Assembly (NCBI RefSeq): GCF_006345805.1
Contig: NC_043000.1
Span: forward strand, 108,252,001-108,316,000
Origin: Octopus sinensis
Lineage: Eukaryota
Length of the DNA stretch: 64,000 nt
Direction of reading: 5' to 3'
Of the stretch, positions 56,012 through 64,000 are shown piece after piece. The notes beneath the pieces are model-generated. The model had not been told where the DNA came from, ran no database searches, and worked only from the letters and a program-made list of their open reading frames with translations. Position numbers and translations under genes: made by a program. The first letter of the stretch is position 1; each line of letters opens with the position of its first letter.

Positions 56012-56570
56012 AACACGAGCACTCATAGAGCGCAAACCTCCACCAAGGCAACAGCAACGTCTTCTCAACGATTAGCGGGAGATATATTTTTAAAATGAAA
56101 ATATCTGAAATAAACTCGACTGCTCTCACAAACGAGAATACTAAAAATGAATCCGACCACTCTCGAAAATTAAGTAAAAAAACCCAGAAAAACGATCCAG
56201 AATTCTTGTCAAGTACCTGATCGATCCCAATGGTAGTCATGGAATGTGAAGGTGGCTGTAGAAAATTTAGTAACAATGATATAAGCCAAACTTAACAAAT
56301 TCACCATTCAAAATAGTTACAGCCTAGGGGGGCATAATTGAGAAAGACTTGAAAATTTACGTGAGTTCGTAATCATGTAAAGTAAAGTAAATATAACAAA
56401 TAATCCAGAATCCTTGTCCGGTATCGGATCGATCATAAAATCTAATCAGTTCGTGCCAGTCACGAGGCCAAACATCCCTGAAAGTTTCATCCGAATCCAT
56501 CCAGCGGTTCTTGAGATAACTTGTCCACGGACAAACAAACAAACACGACTGAAACAATACCTCCACCTTA
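56012..56570 (+). mobile_element. Helentron/DINE-1-like non-autonomous element (two overlapping partial copies)
   Basis: AACACGAGCACTCA..CCTCCACCAAGGC subterminal motif, AAAGTTTCATCCGAATCCATCCAGCGGTTCTTGAGATA core, (ACAA)n, truncated CCTCCACCTT 3' stem. Degenerate family-B SINEs follow at 56570-56990. Confidence 0.6.
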
Positions 56571-57046
56571 GTAATGACGGTTTCAAATTTTGGCTCAATG
56601 CCGTCAAGTTTGAGGAGAAAGTTTACTCCCTTACATTGATCGCCCTACTTGAGTATTTTTTGACCACGAAAGAATGAAAGGCCAAATCAAGATCGGTAGA
56701 AATTGAGAACAGAACGTAATAAGTTGGAAGAGATACTGAAAAGCAATTTTCTGAAGCACTAACAATACTGCCAGATTTGTTCACAATTTTCTAATTGTGG
56801 CACAAGGCCAGCAATTTTGGGCAACAGAGATGAAGTCGATACCATCAACACTAGTGTGAACAAAACGCATTATGTTATTTAAATATTTTCTGTATGTTGT
56901 GGTTTCAAATCCGACTGGTGATGACTTTACTTTCATTGTCCTTGGGTCGGTAAAGTAAGAATTAGTTACTTTCTGGGCTGACGAAATCACCTACTCTATC
57001 CAGCAATATTTGATATCTCAGAGATTACTGTAGTAGTAGTAGTAGT

Positions 57047-57109
<63 letters not shown>

Positions 57110-57602
57110 GAGGAGGAGGAGGAGGAGGAAGATGTTACTGGTGAGCTGAATGAGGTGAACTTGAAGGGAGGATGCGTGCAGAGAAAGAAAGAAAGAAAGC
57201 CACAAACAAAAGGTGGGAAGAAGAAAAAGAAATGTAGTAGTAATAGTAGTAGTAGGAAGAGGAGGAGGAGGTGAAGGAGGAATAGGGGGTAGGAGCAAGA
57301 GACGGCATGGAGGAAGAAGAAGAGAGAAGAAGCAGCAGCAACAACACGGTCAGGTTACTTTAAATGTTCGGTAGCATCAAGTTCCTATATGATTATTATT
57401 TTGGAAGGATGTAGGTCTGTATATGAATCTTATAGCAATTGATAACATTCAGTCCGTAAGTGAAATAAATTGTAGGCTGGAATAATCGTTAGACCATCAA
57501 ACAAATCGTCTGCTAGTATTAAATCAGGGCTCTATATCTTCAAAGTTCAAATGCCAGATCATGGCTGCTAAAGACAACCGAGTTTTCTCCCAATCACACA
57601 CA

Positions 57603-58020
57603 TAGGCGCAGGAGTGGCTGTGTAGTAAGTAGCTTGTTTACCAACCACATGGTTCCAGGTTCAGTCCCACTGCGTGGCACCTTGGGCAAGTGTCTTCTAC
57701 TATAGCTTCGGGCCGACCAAAACTTTGTGAGTGGATTTGGTAGACGGAAACTGGAAAGAAGCCCATCGTATATATGTATATATATATATATATATATGCG
57801 TGGGTGTGTTTGTGTGTCTGTGTTTGTCCCCCTAGCATTGCTTTACAACCGATGCTGGTGTGTTTTGTATCCCCGTTACTTAGCGGTTCGGCAAAAGAAA
57901 CCGATAGAATAAGTACTGGGCTTACAAAAGAATATGTCCCGGGGTCGAGTTGCGCGATTAAAGGCGGTGCTTCAGCATGGCCGCAATCAAATGACTGAAA
58001 CAAGTAAAAAGAGTAAAGAG
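57603..58020 (+). mobile_element. SINE family A, full length, young
   Basis: Complete head GGCGCAGGAGTGGCTGTG through tail GTAAAAAGAGTAAAGAG. Confidence 0.93.
57615..57668 (+). promoter_or_regulatory. Pol III type-2 internal promoter of the SINE (A box 57615-57625, B box 57658-57668)
   Basis: TGGCTGTGTAG and GGTTCAGTCCC at tRNA-like spacing. Confidence 0.7.
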
Positions 58021-58768
58021 TATACACGCACAAACTGAAATAAGTAAAATCAAATGTTTTCTTAGTCTTTTATCGCTGAGGAGTCGTTAAAGATAAGTCC
58101 CAATCAAGTTAGGTACATCGCATGCCACTCCCTCGGAATATATCGTCGGGTACCGATGTTACGCAATACAGGTAACGAATCAATATTATCCAATGCATTT
58201 CACAAACTGTACTTCAACGACCCTTCCTCTAAAAGAATAGGGGAAATAATTTTCAAAGCGCTTAGCTAATGAAAACGAAAAGCATAGAGAAAACAGAGAA
58301 AGCAACGAAGATTAAAATCTAACATTCACCATATCGATAATCAAACGTTAATTTTTTTTTTCAGTGAGCCATTCATAAGTGTATTATATAATTTTGCCGT
58401 TTGGTTATGGAATAAATGGCCTCTAAACTAAGATAAAGTGCATTGAAAGAGCTCTGCTGATGAGCCTTATAGAATATCGATTGCTGCAAGCAGAAATAAT
58501 CTCCTCCACCTCCTCCTCCCTTTCTTTTCTCTTTTTCTGCTTTTTCATCATCTTTTCTACTTCGACCCCACTCTTTCCCCTCTCTTACCTTCTTTCATCA
58601 TCCTCATCATTATCATCATCATCACCCCACCACATCATCATCATCATCATCACCCCACCACATCATCATCATCATCATCACCCCACCACATCATCATCAT
58701 CATACCGCCACCACCACTACCACTACCACAACCACCACCACCACCACCATCACCATCATCATCATCAT

Positions 58769-58800
<32 letters not shown>

Positions 58801-58805
58801 TCATC

Positions 58806-58839
<34 letters not shown>

Positions 58840-59374
58840 TCATCACCACCACCACAACCACCACCACCATCATCATCACCATCATCATCAACTTCTTCTT
58901 CTACTACTACTAATGCTACTACTACTACTACTACTACTATTACTACTACTTTTCTTCTTCCCACCTTTTGTTTGTGGCTTTCTTTCTTTCTTTCTTTCCT
59001 TCCTTCCTTCTTTCTTTCCTTCTTTCTCCGCACGCATTCTCCCTTCAATTTCACCTCATTCAGCTCACCACTAACATCTTCATCAGGATCTCCGCCACCA
59101 TCACAGTCGTTTTGTTATTGTTGGTTTTGTTCTCCTTCTTCATCATCATTCTTGCAATCAGATGATTTATATAGATTGATGAAATCAAACAGACTCTAAT
59201 TACGGTGAATTAATCGATAATAGACACAAATTATTTGCTGAGACACATTTTGCAAAAAAAAAAATAAATAAATAAAATAAATTAAATTAAATCAAAATAA
59301 AAACATAAACATAAAAATATAAAACAGAGACAAGAAAGAAATCCATCATACATCAGAATTAGAGAAAAGTTTGC

Positions 59375-59415
<41 letters not shown>

Positions 59416-60004
59416 TATAAAATAATTCAAAGTAAAAGAATGATAGTAAATGAATTTAAAGCTGGTAGCAAATAATACTACTTTGTGTCAAAAGCTACTT
59501 AAATGCTTTAAAATTCAAGCGCAAGAGGCATTAAATCCATAGCAAAAGACACAACATCAGTACTAAGACTTAATGTTTTAATCATGCAAACGAAGCGGAA
59601 TTTCCGATATTCTTATTTGCCTAGTTTTATAATTTTATTCTCGTATTTTTCTTTTTTTGTGTGTGTGTGATGTTTTAAACTGCTGGTATTGTTAGAGCGA
59701 TTGTTGTTTTCGTTGTTGTTCTGTTGTTTAGCCACAGGTAAGCCCTGATTGAGGAGAATACATGCGTTTTTGTTTTTTACCTCAATCAACGGTTTGACCA
59801 ACCCTTCATTACATTTTTTTCTTCTACAGAATAATGCAAGTAGAATGACAATTTCTATAATAAAGTCTTTCTCTTTGTTTAAGATATTTATTAGACTCTA
59901 TGATTTCCTTAAAGGGAAATTTGGATGCTTTTCTCTGTAGGCAGAGCGAAAGCGAGTGAAAACGTGTTTGGAGGTCGAGCGAAAGTAAAGTAGGAGATAA
60001 GGGT

Positions 60005-60235
60005 GAAAGCGCGTAGCTTAACGGTTAGGGTGTTCCCCGCACGATCGCTACATCGTGGCTTCGAGTCCCGGTCTGGGCAGTGAGTTGTGTCTCGCGCAAA
60101 TAGAAAATAAACTTCATTTCACGTTGGTCCGGTCCACTCAGCTGTGATCTAGACCAATAAGTAATGAAGTGATGAACCGGTGTCCTGTGTATGATTTCGG
60201 CCTTTATCCGCTATGGAAACCGTGTAACCCGCTCT
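60005..60235 (+). mobile_element. SINE family C (Meta/V-like)
   Basis: tRNA-like head GCGTAGCTTAACGGTTAGG..GCTTCGAGTCCCG, then TTTCACGTTGGTCCGGTCCACTCAGCTGT. Confidence 0.65.
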
Positions 60236-61019
60236 TCGAGTCTAGATCTCCAGACTTACTGTACCTTTTTTGTTTAACTAGCAGGTCAGACGTTCAGTTG
60301 GATGCTCTCTCAATGGAAGGAGCTGGTATAGGTGAAGTTAATTTGTGTTATATTTTCTTCCACTCCCCCCTCACCACCTTTTGGTAGCCTGCAACTAACA
60401 CTATCTCCTCCGAGACCCTGCGGCGCAAGTTGACCAAAATTGATCAAAGTTACTGATCAAATTAATGTATGACGAAACGGCAGTTCAATCATCATTGATT
60501 TCTCAGTTTGTATATCATGGATAGAGTGGAAAATTGGCCGAGTCATTAGAAATTAAAACAGATTGCTTTGAGGTAATTCTTCCGATTTTGTGCACACAGA
60601 GGTCAAGTTTATTTTTCATCCTTTTAGGGTTGAGTAATGAGTACCAAACCTGCACTGAGGTCAAAACTTCTCTCTATCCCTCTCTCTGATTCTATGGTTG
60701 TCTGCTGTTTGTTCTATTTATATATACTCATTCAGCTGAATCAAATCCTGACTTATTTGCAATCCTCAATAATTTTACTCATCAGTAATTTTGGTGATAT
60801 TATTAAATAAAATTGATGTTTAGTTGGTGGGCGTCGATGAGATTTTTCGTGACGTCATTACTCAGTTTGGATGATCCGGATCTTGTTCATGAAAATTTCC
60901 TGAATTGGAAAACAAACAGTCCGGGTTCAAATTGAGGCGAAGACATGCTGCACATATATACATAGTACGAAGTTGATTCATATGCAATTTTGGGAAGAAA
61001 TTTACTATGGTTAGTTCTG

Positions 61020-61319
61020 ATTTGGCTGCTATTTCTTCCAGATTAGGCAAGATCGATGAAGATCGTAGAAGAAAAAATTCAAATCGGACCATATTAACAC
61101 CAAAAATTATTTACATAAAAAAGGTGCTTTTATTCTATGAAAATCCCTATTTTTTATGATTTTTTGACTGCTGTGTCGCCAGTTTTCGGTGTATTTTAAC
61201 CAGAAAAATGTTCACTTAAAGAGACTAACAAGCTACATAATGCATATTTTTTACTTTTCAAAAATTCCAATTCTAAAGGGTCGAAACAAACCCGAGCAAC
61301 GCCGTGCGATACTGCTAGT
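61020..61319 (+). mobile_element. Helitron 3' end
   Basis: CCCGAGCAACGCCGTGCG hairpin-like motif followed by CTAG (61315-61318) and T. The 5' boundary is approximate. Confidence 0.7.
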
Positions 61320-61839
61320 ATATTTATATATATATATATATTTATGTAGGTATTCTTCTTTTTTTTACTTATATATATATTTCCTGGAAGCGAGAACGCC
61401 GTACTTAAGTTATCCAGCCAATTCTTTCGTATGTGCACCCTCACTCGCGAACACACACACACGTACAGACATACACATAATCGCTCTGACTCTAACATGC
61501 ATATGTAAAATACGTTTGACAAATGTAATGATAGAAAATTTCCATAACAAGCCTGAATTATAGTACTATTTGCAGGAGAATATTTTGTTGTCATTGCTAA
61601 TAACTATGTTAAATATCATTATATATATTTTAGAGATTTAAATCACTGTATTTTGACAAGTTTCCTTCATATTTCTATCTTATATTTTATTACTACTGAT
61701 TTTAATTTTAGTTCTATGTTGTATGGCTACTTAAATGTTCAAGTGTTACTTTTAGCAGCAAATAATTCGCCTATTTTTCCATGGTAACTGCTGTAAAATA
61801 GAAAGGATAACTACGTATATTATCTAACAGAGAAAAAAT

Positions 61840-61903
<64 letters not shown>

Positions 61904-62184
61904 ATGTTCTTAACGAAATATTTTATTTTAAATAATGAAATCTTTGGTCCTAATTTAAATATCAATATGAATTTCTTTAACTTTACACTTTGCGTTTCTT
62001 CAAATAATATGGCCCGTTTAGTTCCTCTAAGTTTATCATAGTGGTTTCAAATTTTGCTGCAAGGCCAGCGCTTCGTGGGCGGGGTAAATCTTATTCTTTC
62101 TTTGCTAATGAAATGCTAAAAATGAGTGAGGGTGTCATGAGCGAATAGTCAGAAGAAAAATAATCACACTCCTCGAAGAATATG

Positions 62185-62480
62185 ACTTATTGATTGACAC
62201 CCAGCATGATTTTTCACCAGAAAAAATCTGCCTGATACCTCGCAAATCTACAACTGGGTGCTGAAGCAATTGCTCAACCACACAAATGTGGTTGTGATAT
62301 TTTGATTTTATGGAGGCCTTCGATAAAATCTATCCCAAAAGATGCCTGATCAGGGTATAGTTGGAAAACTAACAGGTGGATACATGATTCCCAAATAGAT
62401 AGAAGTCAAGCGATAGTAGCCAATGCGGTCATCTCAAAGGACACACATATTGGGACTAGCCTTTTGTATATTTAAACCTG
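62185..62480 (+). mobile_element. CR1-type reverse transcriptase relic
   Basis: QHDFSPEK, NVVVIF..EAFDK, GIVGKL..WIHD..DRSQAIV (cf. QHGFR..VDVIYLDF.KAFD..GI.GKL..WI..R.Q.VV); heavily decayed. Confidence 0.6.
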
Positions 62481-62874
62481 TAACCTATCAAATCCATCAG
62501 TTTCAAGAGCAAATATATTGTATGCATTCTTTGAATGGAGAGTGATCAAAATTTTGTTGCAATGTCCACTAGAAAGGATTTACAGTGAGGGGAGAGATTT
62601 ATTATACTCAGACGAGGATTCGTTACAGCATTCCTCATCCAGTAATAGTGCCTGCGGCATTTCAATCTAATCTGAAACCAGATTTAGCGTCAAGTAAGAT
62701 ATTATCTAGACTGTTGTTAGAATGATAAATTAAGAAGATATACTGCTTAAGAACAAATGTAGTAAAGCTACATACTCTGGCATAGACGCACACAAGCTGA
62801 TACATGCAGACACACTCAAAGAAAGTTAAGTTAGAAATTACAATGGTTGATTCTTATTAATGCTTTAAGAAGTA

Positions 62875-63065
62875 TTGACAGCCGGTGTTGGTTTGTTTGT
62901 GTCCCCGTAATTTAGCAGTTCGGCAAGAGACCGGTAGAAATGTATATCAAACGGTCGATCTATGCGGTCGATTCGTTGGACTAAACCTTTGAAAGCAGTG
63001 CCCCAGTTTGGCTGCAGTCCGACGACCAAGACAAGTAAACGATAAACGATAAAATGATAAACGAT
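62875..63065 (+). mobile_element. SINE family A, 3' half, degenerate
   Basis: GACAGCCGGTGTTGGTTTG..CCCCGTAATTTAGCAGTTCGGCAA..ACAAGTAAACGATAAA tail. Confidence 0.7.
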
Positions 63066-63103
63066 ACAGACGTCAACAAATACACATGCACATACGCACG
63101 CAC

Positions 63104-63170
<67 letters not shown>

Positions 63171-64000
63171 TAGTTCTATAGGAGAAATATTATATGAATT
63201 AGGTAAATATCGAGAAGAGAATGATGATGCTAGTAAATATAAAAGAGTGGTGAAATATTATTCCATATTTAATCAATTCAAGACACTCGTATTAATAAAT
63301 TATGAATGAGAGCTTAAAGGCATGAAAATTCTGTACAAACTACAATATTGATCTTCTAAAGCTTTCATCGATTTCGTTTTGTTACCGGTTATATCATTGT
63401 AGTTAATTCGAAGAGTTTGAGAAGATTTTTCTCTTCACCAATCGATGAATGGCTGTATATCCTAAGTTTCGAATTAACTGTTGATATAAAACGTATTCAT
63501 ACATATTCATATGGTTTTATATGGAATATGGTAATATGAAGCTTTTCCTCACGGACGTCTGGATGAAAATGATCCAGACAGGAAAATTGAATTTGACAGT
63601 AAATTTGTTGTTAAAGAAAATCGTGCAGTTAATGAGATTTTTCTTTGTCTGGAGTAGAATATGATGCTCAGAATAATTAGCTCATTCTTCAGAAAGGTGC
63701 AAATTGTTCATTCTATTTAATCGAATGAAGAATTGCCCTACAGTTTAGTTTGTCTGCAGTTGCAGTAACGGGAAATTTACATAAAATGGTATGTAATTTA
63801 TTCACCGAAACAATTATGCGTATGCTTGTGTATCTGTAGACATAGAAGCATAATTATGTGCTTAAGACATTTGATTCTCTACCATGTGTTCATGTTCTGC
63901 AACTCAACTTGATTTCAAGCCGGGAGAAAACCGACCAGGTAAAGGACTGGGTATCTTGGTGGATTCTTCCTTTTCGCCTTCGGCCCAATGCGTCCATGCT

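Noticed and set aside
57603-57680. tRNA genes at SINE heads
   Set aside because: A and B boxes are present, but there is no acceptor-stem closure and each continues into SINE body sequence.
58460-59074. 204-aa poly-His/poly-Leu ORF
   Set aside because: Composed of (CAT/CAC/CTA/CTTT)n simple repeats; equally open on the other strand; no splice context.

Overview
AT-rich eukaryotic intronic/intergenic DNA dominated by microsatellites and decayed transposons. The SINE families and repeat landscape point to an octopus (coleoid cephalopod) genome; this is my inference from family recognition, not a database search. Almost all ORFs in the supplied track are translated microsatellites or SINEs. Supported content: (i) three tRNA-derived SINE families (CORE-type, Nin-type, Meta/V-type) in more than 30 full or partial copies; (ii) one full-length but disrupted D34D mariner (44717-45993, TA TSD); (iii) relics of a hAT/Buster transposase, three RTE LINE 3' ends, five R4/Dong-type RLE retrotransposon 3' ends (four clustered at 48.4-51.2 kb next to (TATG)n), a CR1 RT, a Penelope-like GIY-YIG domain, Helitron/HINE ends and a MITE; (iv) several long fold-back structures. 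The two most interesting signals are a complete minimal type I hammerhead ribozyme fold (37649-37693) inside a 67-bp inverted-repeat element, within a cluster of Penelope-like termini abutting (TA)n, and four phase-compatible plus-strand micro-exons (16, 54, 45, 40 nt) over 27 kb that splice into one open, basic peptide I cannot name. No CRISPR, rRNA or true tRNA gene is supported.
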